Below, piece after piece: positions 9,336-19,259 of a DNA stretch of 64,000 bases. The notes under the pieces were generated by a model. The model saw only the letters and a program-made list of their open reading frames with translations. It ran no database searches and had not been told where the DNA came from. The position numbers and the translations under genes were made by a program. Numbering within the stretch: the first letter of the stretch is position 1; the number at the start of each line of letters is the position of its first letter. Source of the stretch: a virus; IMG/VR virus record IMGVR_UViG_3300046787_000200, positions 213,090 to 277,089 of that record, one strand, 5' to 3'.

Positions 9336-10253
9336 ATGAAAACTAAATCTTTAATCAAAGCGCAGACTGTTGCTAAAATAAAAATAAAAAAAGAATTGGA
9401 TAAGTTTTACACACATCCAGACATTGCAAAGAAATTTGTTGATTATATAAATGCGTTAGTACCTTTATCTAACTTCGGCACAGTATTAGAACCTTCTGCC
9501 GGCTCAGGAAACATATTACAATTTCTACCGAACACTGCAATTGGAATGGACCTATACCCAGAATCAAAGAATATTATTCAACAAGATTTTTTCACATATG
9601 AACCGGAAGGGTACCCCTTTCCAGGGGTACCGATAGCGTGTGTAGGTAATCCACCATTCGGTAACGGTTATATGAATCCGTTGGCTAAAGGATTTTTTAA
9701 TCATGCGGCTAAATTCAGTGATGTAATAGCATTTATTGTTCCGGCAAAATGGCACACATCGTGGAAAGTTCATAAACAATTAGATACTAGATTTGGATTA
9801 TATTTTAGCGAAATTCTTCCTAAAAATAGTTTTTTATTAAATGATATAGCATATGATGTAAACTGTTGTATGCAAATTTGGAGTAAGAACGCATTAGGTA
9901 CCAATTTAAGAATTATTACGAAACCAAAAACATCGCATGAAGATTTTGATTTCTTTTTGACTTGTGACAATGTTCCCAGAAAAAAAGAAGTTATCCAACA
10001 ATTAACTAATAAAGAATATTGGGAATTTGGTTTGAAATACTGGGGAAAGATTGGTTTATGTGAGATCACTGACGTGCCGATAACCACTACAACTCATTAC
10101 TTGTTTAAATCTAAAAAGCCCTATGTTAGGTCTATCTTAGAGCAAATTGATTGGATGAAATATGTTTCTAATATGGGAGCCCCTAATATCGGTGGCAAGT
10201 CTATTCTTGTCAAAGCATATGAAGATAAAAAACACGAACTACAAATTAAATAA
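9336..10253 (+). CDS. DNA N6-adenine/N4-cytosine methyltransferase (amino-MTase, motif I then IV)
   Basis: LEPSAGSGNIL (motif I) and GNPPFGNGY (motif IV, NPPF). Confidence 0.7.
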   Translation: MKTKSLIKAQTVAKIKIKKELDKFYTHPDIAKKFVDYINALVPLSNFGTVLEPSAGSGNILQFLPNTAIGMDLYPESKNIIQQDFFTYEPEGYPFPGVPIACVGNPPFGNGYMNPLAKGFFNHAAKFSDVIAFIVPAKWHTSWKVHKQLDTRFGLYFSEILPKNSFLLNDIAYDVNCCMQIWSKNALGTNLRIITKPKTSHEDFDFFLTCDNVPRKKEVIQQLTNKEYWEFGLKYWGKIGLCEITDVPITTTTHYLFKSKKPYVRSILEQIDWMKYVSNMGAPNIGGKSILVKAYEDKKHELQIK

Positions 10254-10682
10254 TTATAATTGATTACGTTTCTTAGCTAAGAACTGTTCAGCAATCATCA
10301 CCAACTCTTGCATTTGCTCAATACTCTCACAGTTCCATCTACGCAAACTCTTGTTAATGTTACTATTTGGATCTCTCGCTGTCTTGGCGCTAGTTCTGCT
10401 TTTCTTCATGCCCTTCATTCTAGCACAGAATGATTTACGGCGTTTAGCGGCTTTACTGCCCTTTTTAAGTTTGCTAGGTTTAGTAGTAACAGCAGTTTGA
10501 ATCTTGCTACCAGGATGACTACGACGGTAGCTGGCTACACTCTTTTTACTCATGCCACCAACTCGTTTGTTATTATGCTTTGACCAATTTTCGCCTTCTT
10601 CTACATGCTCACACTCACATGGATTTTTTCCACAATGTGGACACATGTTGCTTGATTCAGTTAAAATTTCACTTATTCTCAT
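10254..10682 (-). CDS. highly basic small protein with an N-terminal Cys/His cluster (possible DNA-binding or internal virion protein)
   Basis: 142 aa on the minus strand. CPHCGKNPCECEH, then a K/R-rich body. Confidence 0.5.
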   Translation of the reverse strand: MRISEILTESSNMCPHCGKNPCECEHVEEGENWSKHNNKRVGGMSKKSVASYRRSHPGSKIQTAVTTKPSKLKKGSKAAKRRKSFCARMKGMKKSRTSAKTARDPNSNINKSLRRWNCESIEQMQELVMIAEQFLAKKRNQL

Positions 10683-10700
10683 AGTATCATCCGTAAATAG

Positions 10701-10729
10701 TTGACTTTATTGCGTAAACGTGTTACAAT
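10701..10729 (+). promoter_or_regulatory. sigma70-like promoter TTGACT-N17-TACAAT
   Basis: Lies in the divergent intergenic region before the UvdE-like gene. Confidence 0.4.
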
Positions 10730-10759
10730 ATATCTTATTATTTATCACTTCTTATTCTT

Positions 10760-11791
10760 ATGCACTCATTTGACACTACTAACAAACGTATCGGTTTCGC
10801 CTGTAAATGGGCAGAAATCAATAAAAAAGGTGAGATTGTATCTGCCGAAGGTCTTAACACTGGTGGTACTACACAAGCTTGGGCAAAGCGTAATAGTCGT
10901 AGTGTAGTAGAAGAAAAGATTATGGATGTTGCTAAACGTAACATTATGAATACTCACGCATTGGTTAAGAAAGTTGCTACACTTGAACCCGAACTACGAA
11001 TGTTGCGTCTTACTAGTGATATGCTCAGTTTCTATACTATGGATGAATACAAAGACTTTTGGCATTCAACTGATGTTCAGAATTCGCTTGAACGTTGGAT
11101 GGCTCCTATCGGTGAAACTGCTCGGGCTAATGACGTTCGCTTGTCATTTCATCCTGACCAATTTGTAGTTTTAGCAAGTGACCGTGAAGAAGTAGTAAAT
11201 AAGAGTATAGATGAATTTGAATATCACGTTGACATGGCTAGATTTATGGGTTATGGTCAGAAGTTTCAGGATATCAAAATCAATGTTCACATTTCTGGTC
11301 GTAAAGGTCCTCAGGGCATCAGGGATGTGTATGGTAGACTTAGCCCTGAGGCACGAAACACACTAACACTAGAGAATGAGGAATACACACATGGACTTAC
11401 TGACTGCTTATCATTATCTGACCTCGTACCTACGGTCATGGACATACATCATCACTGGATTCGTGAGGGAGAATACATCGATTGTAATGACGTACTTGTT
11501 AAAAGGGTTATTGACAGTTGGCGTGGCGTACGCCCTACTTTACATTATTCTGTCAGTAGGGAAGATTGTCTTGTTGAACACTCCCGAAATGAACGTCCCT
11601 CCCATAATGCGTTGATTGAGGCAGGATACAGTAAACAGAAGCTTAGGGCACACAGTGATTACTATTGGAATGATGCAGTGAACGATTGGGCATTGACATT
11701 TATTGATAGTTTTGATATGATGTGTGAAAGCAAAGCTAAGAACTTAGCTAGCTTTAAATTACTAGAGAGATACAAATGTTTGAAAAATTAA
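10760..11791 (+). CDS. uvsE: UV DNA damage endonuclease (UvdE/UvsE family)
   Basis: RLSFHPDQFVVLAS ... INVHISGRKG ... TLENEE ... DIHHH ... RAHSDYY align with UvsE catalytic blocks. Confidence 0.75.
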   Translation: MHSFDTTNKRIGFACKWAEINKKGEIVSAEGLNTGGTTQAWAKRNSRSVVEEKIMDVAKRNIMNTHALVKKVATLEPELRMLRLTSDMLSFYTMDEYKDFWHSTDVQNSLERWMAPIGETARANDVRLSFHPDQFVVLASDREEVVNKSIDEFEYHVDMARFMGYGQKFQDIKINVHISGRKGPQGIRDVYGRLSPEARNTLTLENEEYTHGLTDCLSLSDLVPTVMDIHHHWIREGEYIDCNDVLVKRVIDSWRGVRPTLHYSVSREDCLVEHSRNERPSHNALIEAGYSKQKLRAHSDYYWNDAVNDWALTFIDSFDMMCESKAKNLASFKLLERYKCLKN

Positions 11792-12186
11792 AAAACTTAT
11801 TTAAAAAGCCAGAACCTATCAAGGAACCTGCACCCAAGAAGGTTAAAGAAAAGAAAGTTGTAGCCGAGCTTACTGCTAAAGAGAAAGCTACTCAAGCAGG
11901 TGAGCCATACATTAACATACTGAGTCTAGAAATTGACCCGGCTGATGTTAACAACGGTGCATTTGAATTAGATTGGAATGATAAGTTTATTCTAAATTTA
12001 ATTCGTGCAGGTTACAAACAAAAAGATACTGACACTGATGATGTGATAGTTGATCGGTGGTTTCAAACAGTATGTAGAAATATTGCTTTAGAAGTATATG
12101 AGCAACAACAAGCTGATCCTACGAACCGTGACTTGCGAGTGGTAAGGACCAAGAACTTGGGTGGCGGCCGCACAGAGGTAAGTTGA
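11776..12186 (+). CDS. hypothetical protein
   Basis: 136 aa, overlaps the upstream stop. Confidence 0.4.
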   Translation: MFEKLKNLFKKPEPIKEPAPKKVKEKKVVAELTAKEKATQAGEPYINILSLEIDPADVNNGAFELDWNDKFILNLIRAGYKQKDTDTDDVIVDRWFQTVCRNIALEVYEQQQADPTNRDLRVVRTKNLGGGRTEVS

Positions 12187-12608
12187 TGAATAAAGTAGAA
12201 ATTAATGTACATAATGCCTTAGTACGCAATAAACAGCATGTAAATTGTTCATTGATTTTAAAAACGTCATACAAAGATGCATATAATTATGCGTTGTATT
12301 GTAGTGACCATGATCACTTTTTATGTTGGGCTAGTTATGATGATTTTGATAACTATGCAAAACTAGGTATTAACAAAGTAGAATATACAGATAATGATAA
12401 TTATTTAGGTGCATGTATCATACCTAGTAATAATTGGGCATTCGAAGACCATACTCCTAGTGGATTAGTCAAAACAAAAACAACTAAAGTTACTAATTAT
12501 AAGACAGGCAAGAAAACTGAAATTTGGGTAGCTTTTAAGGGAAACAAACTCCGAGACCCGTCAATGCCCGAATATTGGGAATTTATTGAAAAAGCACAAA
12601 AAGGTTGA
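12183..12608 (+). CDS. hypothetical protein
   Basis: 141 aa, ATGA overlap. Confidence 0.4.
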   Translation: MMNKVEINVHNALVRNKQHVNCSLILKTSYKDAYNYALYCSDHDHFLCWASYDDFDNYAKLGINKVEYTDNDNYLGACIIPSNNWAFEDHTPSGLVKTKTTKVTNYKTGKKTEIWVAFKGNKLRDPSMPEYWEFIEKAQKG

Positions 12609-12632
12609 CAACTAATGGTATTTCTGCTATAA
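12604..12632 (+). promoter_or_regulatory. sigma70-type early promoter TTGACA-N17-TATAAT
   Basis: TTGACA at 12604-12609 (overlapping the previous stop), TATAAT at 12627-12632. Confidence 0.5.
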
Positions 12633-12663
12633 TTAATCTATTAAATCATATAACGGATTACAA

Positions 12664-13455
12664 ATGGCAGCTATATCGTTCAATCTCTTTAAAAACTCAT
12701 GTGAAGAACGTGGGTATACCGAACGGGTATATGAAGAACAAAACAACTGTGTGTTGTATACAAACAACGGTGTAAAGTGTGAGATTAAAAAGAACCACTA
12801 TACCGTAGGTTGGTTGGCCCGTCCAGAAGACGTAGCCGAAATGCGTAGCCGCATTTTATCCCAAGGCTTTACTGAAAAAATTGGTAAACGTTCTCCGACC
12901 AGAAAAGATGCTAAAGATTTTATTAACATTAACTTTGACGGTGATGTACTAGAAAACTTTTGGATCATTGTTGGTACCATTGAAGCTATTGAAACCATTG
13001 TACGCAAGGTACGTGGTCAAGCTATCAAGCCTATTCCACGTGAAGTATCCGAACGTAACATCTTTGAGAAAATCGCAAAACGTTTCAAATACTTTATCGA
13101 TAATGAAGATGGGTTTGGTCTAGAAAATACTCGTGCCTTACTTGAAGGGGATAGCATCGACCATTTGATTACTATCGGCGAATCAGTTAAGCGCACCAAA
13201 GAAAATACATACCGTGAACATATTGTTCCTTGTATTATGATTTACAATCAAGCGGTTACTATGACTATGGAAAAGCGTAGTGTAACTGAAGTAGCACAAA
13301 TGATTAAAAACAATTTGGCTATTGTGTTGATTACTAATGAAGAAGCTACATTGCTTGACAATGAATTAGATATGCAGACTAGTATGCCCGAAGGTTGGGT
13401 GTTCGGTGACGATGTGTTTGCACGATTGTCAACTGCCCAAATACAATTGAAATAA
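12664..13455 (+). CDS. hypothetical protein
   Basis: 263 aa ORF downstream of the promoter. Confidence 0.45.
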   Translation: MAAISFNLFKNSCEERGYTERVYEEQNNCVLYTNNGVKCEIKKNHYTVGWLARPEDVAEMRSRILSQGFTEKIGKRSPTRKDAKDFININFDGDVLENFWIIVGTIEAIETIVRKVRGQAIKPIPREVSERNIFEKIAKRFKYFIDNEDGFGLENTRALLEGDSIDHLITIGESVKRTKENTYREHIVPCIMIYNQAVTMTMEKRSVTEVAQMIKNNLAIVLITNEEATLLDNELDMQTSMPEGWVFGDDVFARLSTAQIQLK

Positions 13456-13481
13456 TCTAAATAGTAGTATATAATAAACAT

Positions 13482-14495
13482 ATGAAATACGCACTAATAG
13501 ACACAGCTAACACATTCTTTCGTGCCCGTCACGTTGCCTCACGTAACAGTGATCCTTGGGAAAAGGTGGGCATGGCACTACATCTTACACTTGCATCAGT
13601 CAATCAAATGGTGCGTAAGTTTGGAATTGATCACGTAGTATTCTGCTTAGAGGGCCGTAGCTGGCGCAAAGATCATTACGAGCCCTACAAGAAAAATCGT
13701 GTAGTTGATGCACTATCACAAACTGAAGCAGAACGTGAAGAAAATGAAATGTTTTGGGATACATATGAAAAGTTTACTACGTATCTTAAAGAGAAAACTA
13801 ATGTTTCAGTATTGAGACACGAACGTGCCGAGGCAGATGACTTGATTGCTCGCTTCATTCACTTGCATCCTAATGATGAACATTTTATCATCAGTAGCGA
13901 TACCGACTATGTTCAACTTATCAATGAAAATGTTAAACAATATAATGGTGTAGCTGGTCAACTAATTACGCTTGAAGGTTACTTTGATGATAAGGGTAAA
14001 GTAGTTAAAGACAAGAAAACTAAAGAACCCAAGCTACTCGGTGACCCTCAATGGCATCTATTTATGAAATGTATGCGTGGTGATAGTAGTGACAATGTAT
14101 TCAGTGCTTATCCCGGTGTGCGTGAAAAAGGTACTAAGAATAAAGTTGGCTTGACTGAAGCGTATGCTGATAGACATAAGCAAGGCTTCAATTGGAACAA
14201 CATGATGTTGCAACGTTGGGTTGACCACAATGAGGTTGAACACCGTGTTAAAGATGATTACGAGCGCAACCGTGTACTGATTGACTTGACTGCACAACCA
14301 CAAGAAATCAAAGATGCAGTTGATGCACGTATTAAGGAGAGTGTTCGTGTAACTACTATACCTCAAGTTGGTATTCACTTTATGAAATTCTGCGGAAAAT
14401 ATGAACTTACTAAAATTTCTGAACAAGCCGAAACGTATGCTAAATGGCTTAATTCGCCCTATAACGGAGCCCTTCATGTTACCGAACGTACTTAA
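13482..14495 (+). CDS. 5'-3' exonuclease / flap endonuclease (T4 RNase H / T5 FEN family)
   Basis: ALIDTANTFFRA N-terminus and IISSDTDYVQLI (the -DKD-xQL- FEN block). Confidence 0.75.
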   Translation: MKYALIDTANTFFRARHVASRNSDPWEKVGMALHLTLASVNQMVRKFGIDHVVFCLEGRSWRKDHYEPYKKNRVVDALSQTEAEREENEMFWDTYEKFTTYLKEKTNVSVLRHERAEADDLIARFIHLHPNDEHFIISSDTDYVQLINENVKQYNGVAGQLITLEGYFDDKGKVVKDKKTKEPKLLGDPQWHLFMKCMRGDSSDNVFSAYPGVREKGTKNKVGLTEAYADRHKQGFNWNNMMLQRWVDHNEVEHRVKDDYERNRVLIDLTAQPQEIKDAVDARIKESVRVTTIPQVGIHFMKFCGKYELTKISEQAETYAKWLNSPYNGALHVTERT

Positions 14496-14712
14496 AAAAC
14501 AAATTTATGCCGGTATACTAGAGGTTTTGAAAGATAGACGATGCTATTATCGCAGTACTGTTGGTGGCGGTTCCTATTCTTACTTCACTGAAGAAGGAGA
14601 AAAGGCAATTATGCATTATATTAAAACAATGGCACCGACTATATTGGACCAGCATGATTATGAGATGAATGAGATTGCTAAGAAGATGGTTTGGGAAGAG
14701 TTAAAGAAGTGA
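14476..14712 (+). CDS. hypothetical protein
   Basis: Track ORF 14401-14712 trimmed to the internal ATG preceded by GGAG. Overlaps the FEN stop. Confidence 0.35.
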   Translation: MLPNVLKKQIYAGILEVLKDRRCYYRSTVGGGSYSYFTEEGEKAIMHYIKTMAPTILDQHDYEMNEIAKKMVWEELKK

Positions 14713-14770
14713 ACGATAAAATATTCTTTGGAACTGTCTTAGCATTGTTTGTTGCTATGACTGGACATCC

Positions 14771-15034
14771 TTGGATCGCATTGATTATATTTTGGTTGAG
14801 TATTATATGACATTCACAACTAATGAAATCAAGTTTAAAAAAATCAAACGAGGTGAGGCAGACTTTTTGATGACTGATGGGATAAAAGTTGTACCACGAG
14901 CCACTATCGAAATCAGTCAATGTTGTCCAGATAACTATAAAAGTTTGATTAATGAATGCGTTGAGCACGGTTGGATTAGACCAGTAGCATATATGAAAGA
15001 ATCAGAATTTGTTTGGGAAAAATTAGGAGAATAA
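14771..15034 (+). CDS. hypothetical protein
   Basis: 87 aa ORF. Confidence 0.35.
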   Translation: MDRIDYILVEYYMTFTTNEIKFKKIKRGEADFLMTDGIKVVPRATIEISQCCPDNYKSLINECVEHGWIRPVAYMKESEFVWEKLGE

Positions 15035-15035
15035 T

Positions 15036-15281
15036 ATGGATGAAAACGAACGAGAAATAAATATCAATGGATTGACTCCTGAAGAAGTTCAAATGCTTGA
15101 TATGATGTGGAGTATTGAATCAATTGAAGATATGGAAGATTGGGTAGCAAGTCTTAATAGAGATGAGCGTCTGATGGTATATCGTCTTAGGATGCTATTG
15201 ATTGCAGAAATGATTGATTACGATAATGTGCAGGATTTGTCACAAGCTAGAAACTATTTGAAAAAATTTCAGTTGAAATGA
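15036..15281 (+). CDS. hypothetical acidic protein
   Basis: 81 aa ORF. Confidence 0.35.
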   Translation: MDENEREININGLTPEEVQMLDMMWSIESIEDMEDWVASLNRDERLMVYRLRMLLIAEMIDYDNVQDLSQARNYLKKFQLK

Positions 15282-15742
15282 AAAAGCTTTATTACATTAA
15301 AGAAGGTAGAAAATATGTTCCAGTTTCAGAATATGATAACGAACTTTTGGATTCATTTACAAAAGGTAATCACTTGGTGTGCGTATATCCCGGAGGCAGT
15401 AGTCGCAGGTACAATATTGATCCTAACTATGCCGCGATGATTGCCGCAGGTCGTGTCGCAGAGGATGCTATCTGTGATTCATTGATGAAATCTAGTGAAT
15501 TACGACCAATGAAAGCCCCTATAACAGAAGCACAATCTAAAGCTTGGAAGAACTTTGCTAAAGAAATGGGTGATGATATCTGTGCGTTATCTTATGGCAG
15601 TACCCGTGACCATGCTGAAGCGGCTGTAAAAGCTATGCAGGAAGAAGCACTGAAACTAATGACCAACCCTGCAGTAAAGAAAGCGTATGAACATTTTATG
15701 TTAGTATGTGAATTAACCAAAGAACATAATGAAAACACGTGA
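15278..15742 (+). CDS. hypothetical protein
   Basis: 154 aa, ATGA overlap. Confidence 0.4.
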   Translation: MKKLYYIKEGRKYVPVSEYDNELLDSFTKGNHLVCVYPGGSSRRYNIDPNYAAMIAAGRVAEDAICDSLMKSSELRPMKAPITEAQSKAWKNFAKEMGDDICALSYGSTRDHAEAAVKAMQEEALKLMTNPAVKKAYEHFMLVCELTKEHNENT

Positions 15743-16025
15743 AGAAATTATTACTGAGATGTGTTATACATATCGACACGACTATGGTTTAGACAAAGAC
15801 CCTAACGATCCGCCTTGGACAGCAGGCATGACACCCGACGAGCGTAACGGCCTATATACTACAATGAGACAAATCTATGAACATAACATTGAACCAATGT
15901 TGAATCAATATAAAGATTTACAAGAAGGCAATAGCGTTGTTATTCCTAAAGATAAAGAACATGCTGAAGCGATGGTAAGAATTGGTATGTTTTATTTGGA
16001 GCAAAAGAATGGCAAGCCTAGCTGA
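15729..16025 (+). CDS. hypothetical protein
   Basis: 98 aa ORF. Confidence 0.4.
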   Translation: MKTREEIITEMCYTYRHDYGLDKDPNDPPWTAGMTPDERNGLYTTMRQIYEHNIEPMLNQYKDLQEGNSVVIPKDKEHAEAMVRIGMFYLEQKNGKPS

Positions 16026-16284
16026 GTACTTTGAAAAGAATCGTTACAAGCCTGTATATGAATTCATGGCTAGAGTTACTGGTATGTACGGTAAGATTCG
16101 TTGGGTAGGTAGTGTGGGCAATGATACTGTTATCAGCGAACTACGTGGTCCTGAATTGCATATTCATTTGGATTTACCATTAAAGATTGACGGCAAGTAT
16201 ACTTATGTGTTAATATGTAAGCATAAGGGTGTAACACGATTAATAAATTTTGATGACGAAATCGTATCAAAGAAAAGGAAATAA
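16009..16284 (+). CDS. hypothetical protein
   Basis: Start trimmed to the ATG after GGAGCAAAAGA. Confidence 0.35.
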   Translation: MASLAEYFEKNRYKPVYEFMARVTGMYGKIRWVGSVGNDTVISELRGPELHIHLDLPLKIDGKYTYVLICKHKGVTRLINFDDEIVSKKRK

Positions 16285-16287
16285 ACT

Positions 16288-16755
16288 ATGACTAATAAAA
16301 CACTAATTGCAAAACCTGTAGTAAAAAATCAATTCTGGATTGTAACTGACGGCAATGAAAAAGTAGGCAATGTACTTGCTGATGGGTCGGGCTTTGAAGT
16401 TAAACTTAATGGCAACAAGACACATTATAAAAATACCAAAGCTATTCAAAAAGTAGCTAACATTGAATTTCAAAATTTCAGTAGTTTTAGTAGTTCTAAA
16501 AAAGAAACACCATTAAGTGAATATCCAACTACAGGTAAAGTATCTAATTCAGTATTAGATATTAAACGTAAATTGCATTTATTTACTAAAGGAACTAAAA
16601 GTAAATGCTACTATGCCGCTGGGTGGTATACGTTTAAGCAAGGATCAGAAGAAAAAGTAATTTTTTGTCCAAAATACATCTTTATTCAACGTTATGAATA
16701 TCGTGGTCCATTTAAAACAAAAGACGAAGCAGAAGCATTGATAAATAATATATGA
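16288..16755 (+). CDS. hypothetical protein
   Basis: 155 aa ORF. Confidence 0.4.
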   Translation: MTNKTLIAKPVVKNQFWIVTDGNEKVGNVLADGSGFEVKLNGNKTHYKNTKAIQKVANIEFQNFSSFSSSKKETPLSEYPTTGKVSNSVLDIKRKLHLFTKGTKSKCYYAAGWYTFKQGSEEKVIFCPKYIFIQRYEYRGPFKTKDEAEALINNI

Positions 16756-16946
16756 TTATTATAAAGCGTTTCATTGATAAAGTAGCATCCACCCGTGGTA
16801 CTAATTTAGTTTTACCCATAGATGAGGCTAAAATGTTACGAGATGAGATTGCAAAATTACTAGCAGATAATTACGAGTTACTTAATAAAGAAAGTTCACA
16901 AGATAATACTGTTATACAACTAGAAGTTAACGGTGGTAAATTTTAA
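16752..16946 (+). CDS. hypothetical protein
   Basis: 64 aa, overlapping stops and starts. Confidence 0.35.
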   Translation: MIIIKRFIDKVASTRGTNLVLPIDEAKMLRDEIAKLLADNYELLNKESSQDNTVIQLEVNGGKF

Positions 16947-17239
16947 TGAGTAGAACACAACCCAAAGTACTACTAGAATTAGTAGACAAAAATACATATA
17001 AATGTGACCAAATAGTTGAAGCATCAGGTATATGGGCAGTATTCTATGACGGTCAGCCTATCAATTTAAAAAGTCAGCATTACCAAGATCCAGATGCAAC
17101 TCCTAAATATAAAAAGACTAGTTTCAGTAATCCTGGTCATGCAAGAAATCTGTGTCGTAAACTAAACGCACAATTTAAAACTGATAAATTTAGCGTTGTT
17201 TTTATGAACAACGGCAGTAAAGTATATCCGGACGATTGA
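16946..17239 (+). CDS. hypothetical protein
   Basis: 97 aa ORF. Confidence 0.4.
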   Translation: MSRTQPKVLLELVDKNTYKCDQIVEASGIWAVFYDGQPINLKSQHYQDPDATPKYKKTSFSNPGHARNLCRKLNAQFKTDKFSVVFMNNGSKVYPDD

Positions 17240-17242
17240 TAT

Positions 17243-17839
17243 ATGGCTAATGAGTTTCTTTATAAAATAAATATTCCACCTTTCATTGATATAGTTAGAG
17301 ATGATTGGAAACACAATTTAAATTGGAATTCACTAAAAAAATTGCCAGCTGTGATACCTGCCAATGTTTTGATGCAGGATCAGTATTTGAATTTTAACAA
17401 TATTGAATGGAAAAATATTGTTCGTTTGCCTTTAAATCCAACTATAGAAACATTCATCCATTCTGATAACTCCGGTGATTCGATTGATCCAAACTTAGAA
17501 AATCCTAAAATGATATGGTTTGCAATTAATTTCGTTTTATCAGGCTCAGGTAGAATGGATTATTATTTACCATCGCAGTTAGATCCTGAATCATTCTCTG
17601 ATCCAGATGATCCTTATCAGCAAAAAAATTGGACTACGAAACAACAACCATATAAAAGCTATGAGATGACACCGGGTGCATATTTAGTAAATGCTACAAT
17701 ACCACATAGAGCTACAGCATACAATGAAAGAATTGTATTGTCAGTAAGACCGAATCGTATGGGGGAACAAGGTATCTTACTTTGGAATAAAAGTTGGGAT
17801 AATATTGTAGATATGTTCAAAGAATACATAGTTGAATGA
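17243..17839 (+). CDS. hypothetical protein
   Basis: 198 aa ORF. Confidence 0.4.
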   Translation: MANEFLYKINIPPFIDIVRDDWKHNLNWNSLKKLPAVIPANVLMQDQYLNFNNIEWKNIVRLPLNPTIETFIHSDNSGDSIDPNLENPKMIWFAINFVLSGSGRMDYYLPSQLDPESFSDPDDPYQQKNWTTKQQPYKSYEMTPGAYLVNATIPHRATAYNERIVLSVRPNRMGEQGILLWNKSWDNIVDMFKEYIVE

Positions 17840-18240
17840 CAGAACGTGTTACTAGTAAAAAACATATAACAGAATTAGTACTGGCTGAACTCCCTGACAA
17901 ACATAAATTAGATTCTAGTGCAGATGCACTTATGGTTCGTATATGGGCTAGTGGGAGACAAGAAGGTTTAAGATTGACTGAGTATGGTGATTTTATATTC
18001 AGAATGGCTGATATTGAATATTACCAATCAGATTTTAAACTACGTGATGGTATATCAGACCATGCATACCTACTAGAAATAAACAAAAAAATCAAATGCC
18101 CATACTATTTGGGTGTAAATAAGATTGAAGGAAAGAAAAAGCAACCATATATAAGATTATATGATAGCAAGATTGCTATGATGATTGAGCTATATGGTGA
18201 TATTATAACTTACTTAGATTCAATAAAGGTAAAAAAATGA
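17836..18240 (+). CDS. hypothetical protein
   Basis: 134 aa ORF. Confidence 0.4.
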   Translation: MTERVTSKKHITELVLAELPDKHKLDSSADALMVRIWASGRQEGLRLTEYGDFIFRMADIEYYQSDFKLRDGISDHAYLLEINKKIKCPYYLGVNKIEGKKKQPYIRLYDSKIAMMIELYGDIITYLDSIKVKK

Positions 18241-18413
18241 CTGAAGAAAAGAAAAGCAAGAACCCGTTTATCAATATGGCTAGAGAAGCAAAAGCACGTG
18301 ATATGAAATTAGCCCCAGAGAAAGCTACTCAGATACAAAAAGCTAAAGCACCTAAACCAAGTAAAGGCTTCGGTGGTGCTAGTGTAGTTCGTAGAACCGG
18401 TCGTGGTGGTTAA
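18237..18413 (+). CDS. hypothetical small Gly-rich protein (58 aa)
   Basis: Not in the track. ATGA overlap upstream. Its stop overlaps the stop of a convergent minus-strand gene (TTAA). Confidence 0.3.
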   Translation: MTEEKKSKNPFINMAREAKARDMKLAPEKATQIQKAKAPKPSKGFGGASVVRRTGRGG

Positions 18414-18907
18414 TACCAAACACCCTCATTACGCATACGTTTAATATAAGTTAAGAATCCACTACATACCCCGTAGCTTCTTACCTTTACCATAGAATAT
18501 AAACTACGGTCGTTTATTTCCGGTAAAAACATAACACTATTATTGTTAATAGGAACTGTTCCGGGCGTTATTAGTTTACCATTACTAGCAGTCACATATG
18601 CAGGTGGAGGTGTAGGGGTTTCAAACCAAAAATAATTTGGATACACACTAATGGATTGGTCTGAAATCCAAGTCTGCATATCTTCATTCTTAGCATTAAT
18701 CCAGAATCTAGGACCTTTTATATAGTCAGCACTAACTTCAAATTGCGGTACAGGTTGTCCGTTGCCTACATACAATTTATTATCTATTCTCCAAACATCA
18801 ATTAAACATGAATATCCGGATCCTAGTGCTTTGTTTATTTGTTTGGGTAGATTGGCATCTTGGTAATTGGTACCATCGTAAATTCCCTGGTAAGATATAT
18901 ATAACAT
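18410..18907 (-). CDS. hypothetical protein
   Basis: 165 aa minus-strand ORF with diverse composition, convergent with upstream plus-strand genes. Confidence 0.4.
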   Translation of the reverse strand: MLYISYQGIYDGTNYQDANLPKQINKALGSGYSCLIDVWRIDNKLYVGNGQPVPQFEVSADYIKGPRFWINAKNEDMQTWISDQSISVYPNYFWFETPTPPPAYVTASNGKLITPGTVPINNNSVMFLPEINDRSLYSMVKVRSYGVCSGFLTYIKRMRNEGVWY

Positions 18908-18998
18908 AATATGTATTTATGTCAACGTATATAATAGCTGCCGCGTTATATATATGTAGACAATAAATTCTACTTCATTAACATAAAGGAAACTTAAA

Positions 18999-19259
18999 AT
19001 GAAAACATTAGCAATCGCAACATTAACAGCATTATCTTTCACAGCATTTGCCGCAGAACCAGCTAAAGCCCCTGCAACACCTGCTCCGGCAGTAGTAGCA
19101 CCGGCTGCACCTGCTAAAGCAGAAGCACCAAAGACTGAAATGAAGTTGGCTAAGAAGAAAGAAGATAAAAAGGCAGATGCCACTAAAAGTGCCCCTGCCA
19201 AGACAGAAGCGGCTCCAGCAACAACTGCTCCAAAACAAGACGCCAAGCCAACTAAGTGA
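18999..19259 (+). CDS. secreted Ala/Pro/Lys-rich low-complexity protein
   Basis: Signal peptide MKTLAIATLTALSFTAFA followed by AP/K-rich repeats. GGAAAC ribosome-binding site upstream. Confidence 0.5.
   Translation: MKTLAIATLTALSFTAFAAEPAKAPATPAPAVVAPAAPAKAEAPKTEMKLAKKKEDKKADATKSAPAKTEAAPATTAPKQDAKPTK

Noticed and set aside
14058-14477. 139-aa minus-strand ORF inside the FEN gene
   Set aside because: It is antisense to a conserved exonuclease coding region and has no independent support.
18917-19246. Minus-strand 109-aa ORF and the 68-aa ORF at 19032-19238
   Set aside because: These are Ala-rich shadow ORFs antisense to the GC-rich A/P/K-repeat gene. The plus-strand gene has a signal peptide and a ribosome-binding site.
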